From an uncultured Gemmatimonadales bacterium (GTDB lineage Bacteria > Gemmatimonadota > Gemmatimonadetes > Gemmatimonadales > GWC2-71-9), in the NCBI GenBank assembly GCA_963841505.1, contig CAWJCZ010000008.1, forward strand, positions 519,175-583,174: a stretch of 64,000 nucleotides of DNA, written 5' to 3'. Shown here in pieces: positions 54,437 through 63,783 of this stretch. The first letter of the stretch is position 1, and every line of letters starts with the position of its first letter. The notes below the pieces were generated by a model. That model was not told the origin of the DNA. It did no database searches and worked only from the letters and a program-made list of their open reading frames with translations. The translations under genes were made by a program, and so were the position numbers.

Positions 54437-55911
54437 GGGGTTGCTCCCGTTCCAGGCCGGGGAATCGGCTGATCCCGGCTCGCCGCCTGCCAGGCGAAGA
54501 ATGCCAGGACGATGGCCGACTGCCTCAGATCGTCGCTCTTTACCCGCTCGGCGAAATCCATGTTGGTGTGATGGGTCCGGGTGTCGTACTCCCCGTAGTC
54601 CTGGAGCGAATTGAAGCCGGGCAGCCCGAGTGCCGTGAAGGAGAGATGGTCGGTGCTGCCGATCTTCGCGGAGACATTGCGGCGCGCCCCGAAAGGGAGC
54701 AGCGGAGCCAGCCAGGCATCGAAGATCGCCTTGGCCTGGGCATTCTCCTCCATGTACCAGCCGTAGATCGGGCCGGTTCCCGGATCGTTGTTCAAGTAGA
54801 GCGCGAGTCGCTCCCGGTTCTGGGCATTGGCGGGGCCGGCATAGTGCGCCTGGGCATAGGCCCGGGAGCCCAGCAGACCCTGCTCTTCGCCACCCCAGAG
54901 CGCCATCCGGATGGTGCGACGAGGCCGGGCGCCCACCGCCTGGAGAATGCGCATCGCTTCCATGAGCGAAGCGGCGGCGTCGGCGTTGTCGGCCGCGCCG
55001 GTTGCCGAATGCCAGGAGTCGAGATGAGCGCCCAGCAGGACGATCTCATCCTTGAGCGCGGGATCGCTGCCGGGAAGCTCGGCGATCACGTTGTAGCCGT
55101 TGGTGTCGGCCGAGAAAGTGCGAGTCACCAGATTCACCCGCAGCTTGACCGGCGCACCGGCCTGGAGGGCCCGGACGATCAGGTTGTAGTGCTCCGCCGC
55201 GAGCACGATGGAAGGCGCAGCATCGGCGGGGTTGTCGCGGCGGCCGGTGACGAACAGGGTCCCGTCTTCTCCCTGGCTCGGGCGGAGCACCACCCCGGCC
55301 TGCAGCTCTCGCATCACCGACCCGAGGGAGCGTCCCGGGAGCGGGCCTCGAGCGGTGAGGAAGGGCGGGGCACCGATCGCCACCGGTTCCTCGTGCTGGC
55401 TTGGCTCGGGCCGGTCCCGCACGATGAATTCCTGCTGGGGGCTGGTGGCGAGCACGATCGCGCCACGGAGCGCTCCGGCCCGGGCCCGTACCGCAGAGGA
55501 ATCAGCGAGGTCACCGATGTACACCGGGCGGGCCAGCAGCTCGCCCCGGGTCGAAGGACTCCATGCCTCGGGATATCCGGTCAGCGGGAAATACCGCGGC
55601 TCGACCATTTCCAGGGTCAAACGTTCAAGACTCCACCCTCTCCCGAAAGGCCAGGCCTCCTGGTGCACCCCACTCAATCCATACTGCTTGAGGAGGCCGG
55701 TGCTCCAGTCCACCGCCTGCTTGAACGCGGGGCTTCCGGTCAATCGCGGTCCGATCACCTCGGTGAGATGCCGAAACGTCTGCTCCACTTGGGAGCGCTG
55801 GGTGCCTTCTTCCCGGATCCGGGCCAGCATGGCGGTATCCACTCGCTCCTGCGCCGCGGCCGAATCAATCGCACCCAGCCCGAGCAACGCGACGAGAAGA
55901 ACCTTGCCCAT
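54433..55911 (-). CDS. M28-family aminopeptidase with PA domain, secreted
   Basis: 492-aa ORF with a signal peptide. M28 metal-ligand blocks are LGAHLDSW, GAADNADAAASLMEA, WGGEEQGLLGS and HHTNMD. Confidence 0.85.
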   Translation of the reverse strand: MGKVLLVALLGLGAIDSAAAQERVDTAMLARIREEGTQRSQVEQTFRHLTEVIGPRLTGSPAFKQAVDWSTGLLKQYGLSGVHQEAWPFGRGWSLERLTLEMVEPRYFPLTGYPEAWSPSTRGELLARPVYIGDLADSSAVRARAGALRGAIVLATSPQQEFIVRDRPEPSQHEEPVAIGAPPFLTARGPLPGRSLGSVMRELQAGVVLRPSQGEDGTLFVTGRRDNPADAAPSIVLAAEHYNLIVRALQAGAPVKLRVNLVTRTFSADTNGYNVIAELPGSDPALKDEIVLLGAHLDSWHSATGAADNADAAASLMEAMRILQAVGARPRRTIRMALWGGEEQGLLGSRAYAQAHYAGPANAQNRERLALYLNNDPGTGPIYGWYMEENAQAKAIFDAWLAPLLPFGARRNVSAKIGSTDHLSFTALGLPGFNSLQDYGEYDTRTHHTNMDFAERVKSDDLRQSAIVLAFFAWQAASRDQPIPRPGTGATP

Positions 55912-55912
55912 G

Positions 55913-56884
55913 TCACTGTCCTTTCGGATAGACTCCGAGGATTACGATTTCGTACGGCATTTTCGTCAGGTGCGACGCGCTGTCTCCGGCCGATTCCATC
56001 AGGCGAACCAGGCCATCGAGATTGATCCTGGGCAACCCCCACACGTGAATCCAGGAGCGCGGGGGTAATCCCCGGATCGCGATGTCGGGAGGGCTCCGTC
56101 CAATCAGAACCACCCGGATTGAGTCTTCCAGCACGTTGCCGGAGAAATCCCGAGCCCGCCCGCTCAGGTAGGCTCCATCCTCCCGAACCCGGACCGGCCG
56201 GTCGGTCAGCTCCAGTACGAAATGTACGTCGTTCCAGAGGCCGGCCGAGGTCTCGACCAGGACACTATCGCCCTGGAGGCGGAAGCGTACCTCGGCGTGA
56301 TCGAGATGATCGAAGGCGGAGGACGCGTGGAAGGGGCGATAGCCTTCGACCGGGTGCAGGGTGTATCGGAGGTCGAGGTTGCCGATCGCAATCACCGGGT
56401 GGAGCTCGAACAGGTGGTCGGGATTGGAGGTCTCGAGGCGGGGCATCGGCCCTCCCTGCCGGTGCGGAAGACCGATGGCGTGTTCGGGCCAGTAACGCGG
56501 GACCGCCACCATGCGGACCGGCTTCCGGGTCTTCTCGGCGTTGCGGAGCCGGGCAATCGCGGCGGGAGCTGTCCTGGCGTTGGCGATCTCCGCGACCATC
56601 CGGAGCCCGATGTCGGGTGACCGCCCGGCAATGTGAATGTCGCCATCGAACGCGGCCGGATTCACCATCCGGGCCACCACATCGACCGTGAAATCGGTCT
56701 CCAGGGTGATCCGTTCGCGATTCGATTCCAGAAAAGCCCGGCTGAAGCGGGCCGTCACATGGTTGGGGCCGACCTTCTCGGTGATCTCCTCATGGAGGAT
56801 CAGGGCCTGGCGGACCACCCGGGCGCAAGCGATGGTGGCGGCCCCCAGGGCCGCCACGAGCAGTCGGCAGCTTGGACTCGGCAT
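55913..56884 (-). CDS. Hypothetical secreted protein
   Basis: 323-aa ORF with a signal-like N-terminus (MPSPSCRLLVAALGAATIACA). It is tightly packed upstream of the M28 gene. I recognised no domain. Confidence 0.55.
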   Translation of the reverse strand: MPSPSCRLLVAALGAATIACARVVRQALILHEEITEKVGPNHVTARFSRAFLESNRERITLETDFTVDVVARMVNPAAFDGDIHIAGRSPDIGLRMVAEIANARTAPAAIARLRNAEKTRKPVRMVAVPRYWPEHAIGLPHRQGGPMPRLETSNPDHLFELHPVIAIGNLDLRYTLHPVEGYRPFHASSAFDHLDHAEVRFRLQGDSVLVETSAGLWNDVHFVLELTDRPVRVREDGAYLSGRARDFSGNVLEDSIRVVLIGRSPPDIAIRGLPPRSWIHVWGLPRINLDGLVRLMESAGDSASHLTKMPYEIVILGVYPKGQ

Positions 56885-56973
56885 GCTAAGGTGACGAACG
56901 CCGAGCCCAACCCGCGCATTCAGGTGAGGGTACCGGGCCGGTCTGCCAGTCCCGGTGATTTCGCTCGCTCTTG

Positions 56974-58545
56974 CTAGGCGAGGGCGGCCGGCAGCACCAC
57001 TACATCACGGCCGAGCAGCTTGGCCAGGACGTTTCCTTTGCGAGTCGCTCCCCAGCATTCCAGCGAGAGATCGGCGCCCCGCTGTTTGGGGATCGCCCGG
57101 ATTGTGAGACGCTCGGCAGTGAGCCGGGTGGTCACCCGCTCGACCGCCGAGGTGTGACCGCGATCGAGTCCATCGGCAATCCTGAGCAGGCCGGCCATTC
57201 GTCGGACGATGTCCTGCTCTTCCGGCGGGAGCCGGGTGAGCTCCTCGTGCTTCTTGCTCGGCCCCTTCCGGCGGTGATAACGGCTGATCAGGGCGACCAG
57301 GTACCGGTCTCGCGAGGTAAAACTGAGCCGGTCGGCGTGGAGGATGAGCTGGAAACTGTGCCGGTGATGCTTCCGGTAGCTCACCACCTGGCCGACATCA
57401 TGGAGCAGACAGGCCGCTTCCAGCAATGGCCGCTCCGAGGGATCCGCCCCGATCGCATCGGCGAGGCGGTCGAACAGGATGAGGCCGAGCACTCGCACCT
57501 GCTCCACGTGGCGGCGGTCACCCTGGCAGCGGTCCACGAACTCGCGCATGGCACGGAGCGGATCGGCCCGGGGAGCCGCCTCGCCGATCATGTCGAGCAG
57601 CAGCCCTTCCCGCAGTCCGAACGCGCTCACTGTGAGGTTGCGGGCTTCGACCATGCCGAGCAGCTCGGCGGTGACGGCGAGCCCGGCGAGAATGATGTCG
57701 GCCCGCTGGGGGTTGAGACCGGCCACCCCGCGGCGTCGTTCCACGCTGAGCGAGCAGAGCCACTCGAGGAGCTGCTCGACTTCGGCGGTTTTCACCACTT
57801 CGCCGTGGACCGATTCGGCCGCGATGTCCCGGCGGGACAACACCATCCGGGCGAGGTTGGTAAAGGTGCCGCCCGACCCGATCACGGTGGCATTGCTCCA
57901 TTCCCGCCATCGTCCGGCGCGCTTGAGCTGTTTGCGCACCTTGCGACGCAGCTCGGCGACCTCACGGGTCCGGGATTTTCCCTCGAAGAGGTACTGCTCG
58001 GTCAGCCGGACCGCGCCCATCGGCAGCGACTCGGTCAGCTCGACCAGGCCATTGATGGCGCCGATCAGCTCGAGGCTCCCGCCCCCGATGTCGGCGACCA
58101 GCGCACGCCCGGCCCCCAGCGGGAAATGGTGGGCCACCGACCGCCAGGAGAGCGCGGCTTCGGTCTCCGCGCCGATCACCCGGAGCGGGATGCCCACTTC
58201 CTTCCTAACCCGGTCCACGAAGGCCTTGCCGTTGAGCGCCTCCCGCACCGCCGAAGTCGCCACCGCCGAGAGCCGCCGGACCCCGCGTCGCTCGGCGACT
58301 TCCCGCATCCGGCCCAGGGTCCGGATGGCCCGGGCCATGGCGAATTCGTCCAGGCGCTTGGATTCTGCGAGACCCGACGCGAGACGAGGCTGGTCCTTGA
58401 CCTCGTCGACCACGTTGATGCCGGTCTGGGGATCGTACTCGGCGACCAGCAGGCGGATGGAATTGGAGCCGACGTCGATGGCCGCGAGGCGCTCATCCGG
58501 TTCCGGCGGGCCGGCGGGGAGCGCGGCCATATAGGTACGCCGCAT
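56974..58545 (-). CDS. ppx: Exopolyphosphatase / guanosine pentaphosphate phosphohydrolase (Ppx/GppA) with C-terminal HD domain
   Basis: 523-aa ORF. It has the AAIDVGSNSIRLLVAE phosphate-1 motif, DIGGGSLE and the HD region LLHDVG. A TGATG overlap joins it to phoU. Confidence 0.9.
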   Translation of the reverse strand: MRRTYMAALPAGPPEPDERLAAIDVGSNSIRLLVAEYDPQTGINVVDEVKDQPRLASGLAESKRLDEFAMARAIRTLGRMREVAERRGVRRLSAVATSAVREALNGKAFVDRVRKEVGIPLRVIGAETEAALSWRSVAHHFPLGAGRALVADIGGGSLELIGAINGLVELTESLPMGAVRLTEQYLFEGKSRTREVAELRRKVRKQLKRAGRWREWSNATVIGSGGTFTNLARMVLSRRDIAAESVHGEVVKTAEVEQLLEWLCSLSVERRRGVAGLNPQRADIILAGLAVTAELLGMVEARNLTVSAFGLREGLLLDMIGEAAPRADPLRAMREFVDRCQGDRRHVEQVRVLGLILFDRLADAIGADPSERPLLEAACLLHDVGQVVSYRKHHRHSFQLILHADRLSFTSRDRYLVALISRYHRRKGPSKKHEELTRLPPEEQDIVRRMAGLLRIADGLDRGHTSAVERVTTRLTAERLTIRAIPKQRGADLSLECWGATRKGNVLAKLLGRDVVVLPAALA

Positions 58546-59231
58546 CAGGCCGTTCCGGTGAGGTCCTCGGCGTGGTGCTTGATGGACTTGCCCTCGACCA
58601 GAAATACGACCTCCTCCGCGATGTTGGTCGCGAGGTCGGCGACCCGTTCCAGGTTGCGGCTCACCAGGAAGAGCTCGAGTCCGGTCCCGATGCTGGCCGG
58701 CTCTTCCATCATGTGGGTGAGCAGAATCCGGAACACCGACCGGTTGAGCGCATCGACCTTGTCGTCCCGGAGACAGACCTCGCGGCCCGACGCCGCATCG
58801 CCCCGGACGAACGCTTCCAGGGCATCCGCCAGCATGTCGCGGGCCAGCCGCGCCATCTCGACGATCTCGGGCTCCGGCGCGATGGGCCGGCCCCGGGAGA
58901 GCCGCTCGGCCGACTCGGCGAGGTTGACCGCGTGATCGCCGACCCGCTCCAGGTCGTTGGAGATCTTGATCGCGGCCACCAGCATGCGGAGGTCCCGGGC
59001 CATCGGCTGCTGCAGCGCGAGGAGGTCGATGCAGGAGTCTTCGATCTCCACTTCCATGTCGTTGATGATCTTGTCGCCCTCGATGACCTGACGGGCCTTG
59101 TCCAGGTCCCGCTCGAGCAACGCTTCCACGCTGAGGCGCAAGGCCGTCTCCGCCTCCCCGCTCATGGTGAGCAGGCGCACCTTGACTTCGTTCAGCTCGT
59201 CGTGGAAATGCCGGTGCGCCGGAGCGCTCAT
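58545..59231 (-). CDS. phoU: Phosphate signalling complex protein PhoU
   Basis: 228-aa ORF with a duplicated PhoU repeat (E..D..ID; [17 protein letters not shown] / [17 protein letters not shown]). Confidence 0.93.
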   Translation of the reverse strand: MSAPAHRHFHDELNEVKVRLLTMSGEAETALRLSVEALLERDLDKARQVIEGDKIINDMEVEIEDSCIDLLALQQPMARDLRMLVAAIKISNDLERVGDHAVNLAESAERLSRGRPIAPEPEIVEMARLARDMLADALEAFVRGDAASGREVCLRDDKVDALNRSVFRILLTHMMEEPASIGTGLELFLVSRNLERVADLATNIAEEVVFLVEGKSIKHHAEDLTGTA

Positions 59232-60043
59232 CCGAACCTCCCCGTGATGTAGGCCTCGGTCCGCTCCTCCCGCGGCGACGTAAAGATGCGGTCGGTCGGA
59301 CCGAATTCCACCAGCTCGCCCAGGTGGAAGAATCCCGTTTCGGTCGACACCCGGGCGGCCTGCTGCATGTTATGCGTGACGATCACGATCGTGTAGGTCT
59401 TCCGGAGCTCGAACATGAGCTCCTCGATCCGCTGGGTCGCGATCGGGTCCAGGGCGGAACAGGGCTCATCCATCAGCAACACCGCCGGGCTGTTGCCCAG
59501 GGCCCGGGCAATGCAGAGCCGCTGCTGTTGGCCTCCCGAGAGCCCGGTGGCTGGGGCATTGAGCCGGTCCTTGACCTCGTCCCAGAGAGCGGCCTGCCGC
59601 AGACATCGTTCCACCAGGTCGGGCAGCTCGGACCGGCTGGCCAGGGCATTGAGCCTCGGGCCGTACGCCACGTTGTCAAAGATGGACTTGGGAAACGGGT
59701 TGGGCCGCTGGAACACCATCCCGATCCGCTGCCGCAAGGCAACCAGATCGACGCCGTGGCCATAGACCGGCTGTCCGTGGACCACGATGTCTCCGGTGTG
59801 CCGGGTCTCCGAGATCAGGTCATTGAGTCGGTTGATCGATCGCAGGAAGGTCGATTTGCCGCACCCCGAGGGTCCGATGATCGCGGTTACCGCGCGGGGC
59901 CGGATCGAGAACGAGATCTGGTGGAGCACCTGGCGGGGACCATACCAGAACGAGAAGTCGCGCGCTTCGACGCTCGCGGTCTCCGTCCCGGTCCCGGGCA
60001 CTGTCGCCGAACCAGGCGCCGTTGAGCTCACCGTGGCCGTCAC
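59228..60043 (-). CDS. pstB: Phosphate ABC transporter ATP-binding protein PstB (copy 2)
   Basis: 271-aa ORF with Walker [25 protein letters not shown], Walker B LLMDEP and the PstB-typical C-terminus [10 protein letters not shown]. Confidence 0.93.
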   Translation of the reverse strand: MTATVSSTAPGSATVPGTGTETASVEARDFSFWYGPRQVLHQISFSIRPRAVTAIIGPSGCGKSTFLRSINRLNDLISETRHTGDIVVHGQPVYGHGVDLVALRQRIGMVFQRPNPFPKSIFDNVAYGPRLNALASRSELPDLVERCLRQAALWDEVKDRLNAPATGLSGGQQQRLCIARALGNSPAVLLMDEPCSALDPIATQRIEELMFELRKTYTIVIVTHNMQQAARVSTETGFFHLGELVEFGPTDRIFTSPREERTEAYITGRFG

Positions 60044-60813
60044 CCGAACCTGCCGGTGATGTAGGCCTCGGTCTTTTCCTGCTCGGGCGCGGTAAACAGC
60101 CGGCGGGTCGGACCGGTTTCGATCAGCTCGCCCAGGTAGAAAAACGAGGTGGTGTCGGAGACCCGGGCCGCCTGCTGCAGGTTGTGGGTGACGATGATGA
60201 TCGTGAATCGCTGCTTGAGCTGGAACAGCAGCTCCTCGATCCGCTGGGTGCTCTGCGGATCGAGCGAGGCGGTGGGCTCATCGAGCAGCACGACCTCCGG
60301 TTCGGGCGCCACGGTCCGCGCGATACACAGCCGTTGTTGCTGACCCCCGGAGAGCGCAATCGCGCTCCCCCGCAATCGATCCTTCACTTCTTCCCACAGG
60401 GCCGCGACGTGGAGCGCGCGCTCGACCTTGCTGGTCAGAGTTTTCCGGTCGAGTCGGCCATTGGACCGCAGACCGGCCGCGACGTTGTCGAAGACCGACA
60501 TGGTGGGGAAGACGGTCGGCTTCTGAAAGACCATCCCGACCCGGCGACGAAGCCGGCGCAGATCCACCTGCCGGGCGTAGATGTCCTCTCCGTCGAGCAG
60601 AACCTGCCCCTCCGCGCGGGCCCCAACGACTTCCTCGTGCATCCGGTTGAGGCACCGCAGGAAGGTCGTCTTCCCGCAGCCCGAGGGACCGATCAGCGCG
60701 TGCACCTGGTTCGGGGTGAAGTCGAGACTCACGCCCCGGACCGCGGCGGTTCCCCCGTACCATGCGGTGATGTCCCGGGTGCGCACCCGCGGGAGCGGCT
60801 CAGCGCGGGGCAT
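60040..60813 (-). CDS. pstB: Phosphate ABC transporter ATP-binding protein PstB (copy 1)
   Basis: The track ORF is trimmed to ATG 60813 ([20 protein letters not shown]). It has [29 protein letters not shown] and the C-terminus [10 protein letters not shown]. Confidence 0.93.
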   Translation of the reverse strand: MPRAEPLPRVRTRDITAWYGGTAAVRGVSLDFTPNQVHALIGPSGCGKTTFLRCLNRMHEEVVGARAEGQVLLDGEDIYARQVDLRRLRRRVGMVFQKPTVFPTMSVFDNVAAGLRSNGRLDRKTLTSKVERALHVAALWEEVKDRLRGSAIALSGGQQQRLCIARTVAPEPEVVLLDEPTASLDPQSTQRIEELLFQLKQRFTIIIVTHNLQQAARVSDTTSFFYLGELIETGPTRRLFTAPEQEKTEAYITGRFG

Positions 60814-61630
60814 CGAACCTTCGGCGGGTGGCGAATCGGGCGGCGAGGCTGAGAACCAGGACGACCACGATGAGGACCAGCGAGGTTGCCCAGGCGAGTC
60901 GGTGCCATTCTTCGTAAGGACCGGTTGCATAGGTAAAGACCACCAGGGGAAGGGCGGCCATCGGCCGGTTCAGGTTCAGATTGAGGTACTGACTCCCCAG
61001 CGCGGTGAAGAGCAGCGGTGCGGTCTCCCCCGCCACGCGGGCCACCGCGAGCAGGGAGCCGGTCACGATGCCGGGCAGGCCGGTTCGGACCACCACTACC
61101 AGCGTGGTCCGCCAGCGCGGGAAGCCCAGGGCCAGCGCCGCTTCCCGGAGCGAATGGGGCACCAGCCGCACCATTTCTTCGGTGGTGCGCAACACCATCG
61201 GGATCATCAGCACCGCCAGGGCGGCGCTGCCGGCGAATCCGGAGAAATGCTTCTGGGTCGCCACGATCCAGGTCCAGGCGAACACCCCAACCACGATCGA
61301 AGGGGTCCCGTTGAGCACGTCTGCGATGAAGCGGGTCGCGATGGCCAGCTTGCTTCCCTGCCATTCGGCGGTGAGGATCCCCGCCGCGATCCCGACCGGA
61401 AGCCCGATCAGCGCCGCGGCGCCCACCATGAGGAGCGTCCCGACGATGGCGTGCATGACTCCGCCGCCGGAGTCGCCCGGCGGCTTCGGAAGCTGGGTGA
61501 AGAACGCGAGGTTGATGCTGCTCGCCCCCTTGATCACCAGGGTGGCGAGAATGGCGAGCAGGGGCAGAACCGAGAGCACGACGCAGACCACCAGAAGCGA
61601 CACCATAAGCCGGCTGCGCCAACGCCGCAT
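60800..61630 (-). CDS. pstA: Phosphate ABC transporter permease PstA
   Basis: This is the C-terminal third of the 609-aa track ORF, starting [15 protein letters not shown] (ATG 61630). The EAA-type block is [31 protein letters not shown]...GETAPLLFT. Confidence 0.9.
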   Translation of the reverse strand: MRRWRSRLMVSLLVVCVVLSVLPLLAILATLVIKGASSINLAFFTQLPKPPGDSGGGVMHAIVGTLLMVGAAALIGLPVGIAAGILTAEWQGSKLAIATRFIADVLNGTPSIVVGVFAWTWIVATQKHFSGFAGSAALAVLMIPMVLRTTEEMVRLVPHSLREAALALGFPRWRTTLVVVVRTGLPGIVTGSLLAVARVAGETAPLLFTALGSQYLNLNLNRPMAALPLVVFTYATGPYEEWHRLAWATSLVLIVVVLVLSLAARFATRRRFDAPR

Positions 61631-61638
61631 TTGCGCTC

Positions 61639-62629
61639 TCACAGGGCGGCCCCTCCGGTGGGCCGGCCCCGGGAGACTCGCCAGATCAGCAGCCGCGCCA
61701 TCGCGTTGACCACGACGGTGACCCCGAACAGCACCAGCGCGACGTACGCCAGGGAGGCAAAGTGAAGGTCGGTCGCCGCCTCGGCGAACTCGTTGGCGAT
61801 CGCCGCCGCCATGGTGTAACCCGGCGCGAACAGCGACGCCGAGATGTCGTGGCGATTGCCGATGACCATGGTGACAGCCATGGTTTCGCCCAGGGCCCGG
61901 CCCAACCCCAGAATGACGGCGCCCATGATTCCCGACCGGGCATAGGGCACCACCACACTCCGCGCCGCTTCCCACCGGGTCGCCCCCAGCGCAAGCGCCG
62001 CCTCCCGCTGGCTCGAGGGAACCGCGAGGAGGACCTCCCGACTCACCGACATGATGTACGGCATGATCATGATGGCGAGAATGATCCCGGCCGTGAGCAT
62101 CGAGGGGCCATAGATCGCGACCCTGGAAGAACGGCAGCCAGCCGAACGCACCCTTGAGGAAGGGAAAGAGCGTCGCCCGAAGCACAGGAATAAGGAAGAA
62201 GATGCCCCACAGGCCATAGACCACGCTGGGCACCGCCGCCAGGAGCTCGACGATGTAGCCAACCGGCTGACGGACCGCGCGCGGGGCAAATTCGGTCAGG
62301 AAAATCGCCACGCCGACCGCAAGCGGCACCGCGATGACCAGGGCGATCAGGGAAGACGCCAGCGTTCCGAAGACCAGCGGCAGCGCGCCGAACTGCCCCG
62401 CGACCGGATCCCAGACCGACGTGGTGAGGAAGCGGAAACCGTACTTCTCGATGGCGAGCCGGGACCCGCTGATCAACTCCCACGCGAGAAATCCGAGCAG
62501 GGTCGGGACGGAAAGAGCCGCCAGGGTAAGGACGGCGCGAAAAACCCAGTCCCCCACTGCGACGCCGTGCAGGCGACTGGTCGGGACGGGCTCGGGGCGG
62601 GGATCGGTGGCGGTGGGAACGCTTGCCAT
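61639..62629 (-). pseudogene. pstC: Phosphate ABC transporter permease PstC, reading frame broken once near 62125
   Basis: The N-terminal half (MASVPTATD...AVPSVVYGLWGIFFLIPVLRATLFPFLKGAFGWLPFFQG) is in ORF 60800..62629. The C-terminal half (AIYGPSMLTAGIILAIMIMPYIMSVSREVL...[28 protein letters not shown]...GETMAVTMV) is in ORF 61639..62289. Confidence 0.8.
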
Positions 62630-62648
62630 CGCGCCGGGAGTTTACCCT

Positions 62649-62683
62649 CCGTTACCCGCCCCATTGTAACGGGCGGGTAACGG
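62649..62683 (-). other. 13-bp intercistronic hairpin between pstS and pstC
   Basis: CCGTTACCCGCCC (62649-62661) pairs with GGGCGGGTAACGG (62671-62683) around a 9-nt loop. No U-tract follows on the sense strand. Confidence 0.6.
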
Positions 62684-62695
62684 ATGGGTAACAGG

Positions 62696-63775
62696 TCAGC
62701 TGATTGGTGCGCCCGCCGCTTTGAGCGTTTTGATGCGCTCCTGCTCCAGAGATACGACCGATTTTGGAAGCGGGGCGTAGTGGAGCTGCTGCGCCATGGC
62801 TTGTGCGCTGTCGGTCACCATCCATTCCAGGAACGTCTTGATGGCCCGCGCCTTGGATCCATCCGGCATGTCCGGATGGATGAGAAGCCAGGTGAACGAC
62901 GCGATGGGATAGGCGTCGGGGCCGCCCGCATTGGTGATCGAGACCCGGAAGTCGGTGTCCGGAGCAAACTCGGCGCTGGCGGCGGCGGCGGAAACCGACT
63001 CCAACGATGGCGCGATGAAATGATCTTCCCGGTTCTTGACCTGGGCGTACGGAAGGTTGTTGGAGATCGCGTAGATCAATTCCACGTATCCCAGCGATCC
63101 TTCGGACTGCTTGACCTGCTGGGTGACCCCCTCGTTGCCCTTGCCGCCCAGTCCCACTGGCCAGTTGACCGCGGTGCTGGCGCCCACCTTCGACTTCCAT
63201 TCCGGGTCGATCTTGGAGAGGTAATCGGTGAACACAAAGCTGGTTCCCGAGCCGTCCGAACGATGCACCACGATGATGTCGGTGTTGGGGAGCTTGGCAC
63301 CCGGGTTCATGGTCCTGATCCGCGGGTCGTTCCACTTGGTGATCTTCCCGAGGAAGATGGCCGAGATGGTCGGCCCATCGAACTTGAGGGGGGTGGTTCC
63401 CAGGGCCGGGACGTTGTAGGTGATGACCACGGCGCCCAGCACGGTCGGAAAATGCAGGACCTGCCCCTGAACCGCGGCCATCTGGTCGGCGTTCATGGGG
63501 GAATCGCTGGCGCCGAAGTCCACCGTGCCTTCGGTGAACTGTTTGATGCCGCCCCCCGACCCAATCGACTGGTAGTTGATCTCGACCCCGGTCTTCTGGG
63601 CGTACTCCGCGAACCATCGCTTGTAGATCGGATCCGGGAACGTGGCGCCCGCGCCGGTGAGCCGCATCGTCCCGGTGCTGACTGCCGTGCTGTCGCCGGA
63701 CCCTCCACTCGCTCCCTTCCCGCCACAGCCGATCAGAAGGAGTGCCGCTCCGAAGCCCACGAGTCTGCGAGTCAT
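62696..63775 (-). CDS. pstS: Phosphate ABC transporter substrate-binding lipoprotein PstS
   Basis: 359-aa ORF with lipobox LLIGCGG. PstS blocks are GAGATFP.PIY.RW, YQSIGSGGGI, DFGASDSPM and RSDGSGTSF.F. Confidence 0.93.
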   Translation of the reverse strand: MTRRLVGFGAALLLIGCGGKGASGGSGDSTAVSTGTMRLTGAGATFPDPIYKRWFAEYAQKTGVEINYQSIGSGGGIKQFTEGTVDFGASDSPMNADQMAAVQGQVLHFPTVLGAVVITYNVPALGTTPLKFDGPTISAIFLGKITKWNDPRIRTMNPGAKLPNTDIIVVHRSDGSGTSFVFTDYLSKIDPEWKSKVGASTAVNWPVGLGGKGNEGVTQQVKQSEGSLGYVELIYAISNNLPYAQVKNREDHFIAPSLESVSAAAASAEFAPDTDFRVSITNAGGPDAYPIASFTWLLIHPDMPDGSKARAIKTFLEWMVTDSAQAMAQQLHYAPLPKSVVSLEQERIKTLKAAGAPIS

Positions 63776-63783
63776 ACGGCTCC

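Noticed and set aside
4385-58212. CCTAAC/GTTAGG enrichment considered as a by-product of an L-G dipeptide preference or as telomere-like TTAGGG.
   Set aside because: The word occurs in at least three reading frames and on both coding strands, and it forces rare TTA/AGG/ATA codons. A protein-level explanation therefore fails. There is no tandem TTAGGG repetition, so it is not telomere-like. It is kept as a finding about a DNA-level polar motif.
60800-62629. 609-aa ORF that looks like a PstC-PstA fusion protein.
   Set aside because: Only the first and last thirds are real (PstC N-terminus, PstA). The middle third is out-of-frame nonsense, and the true PstC C-terminus lies in ORF 61639..62289. 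The long ORF is an accident of a frameshift plus the absence of stops.
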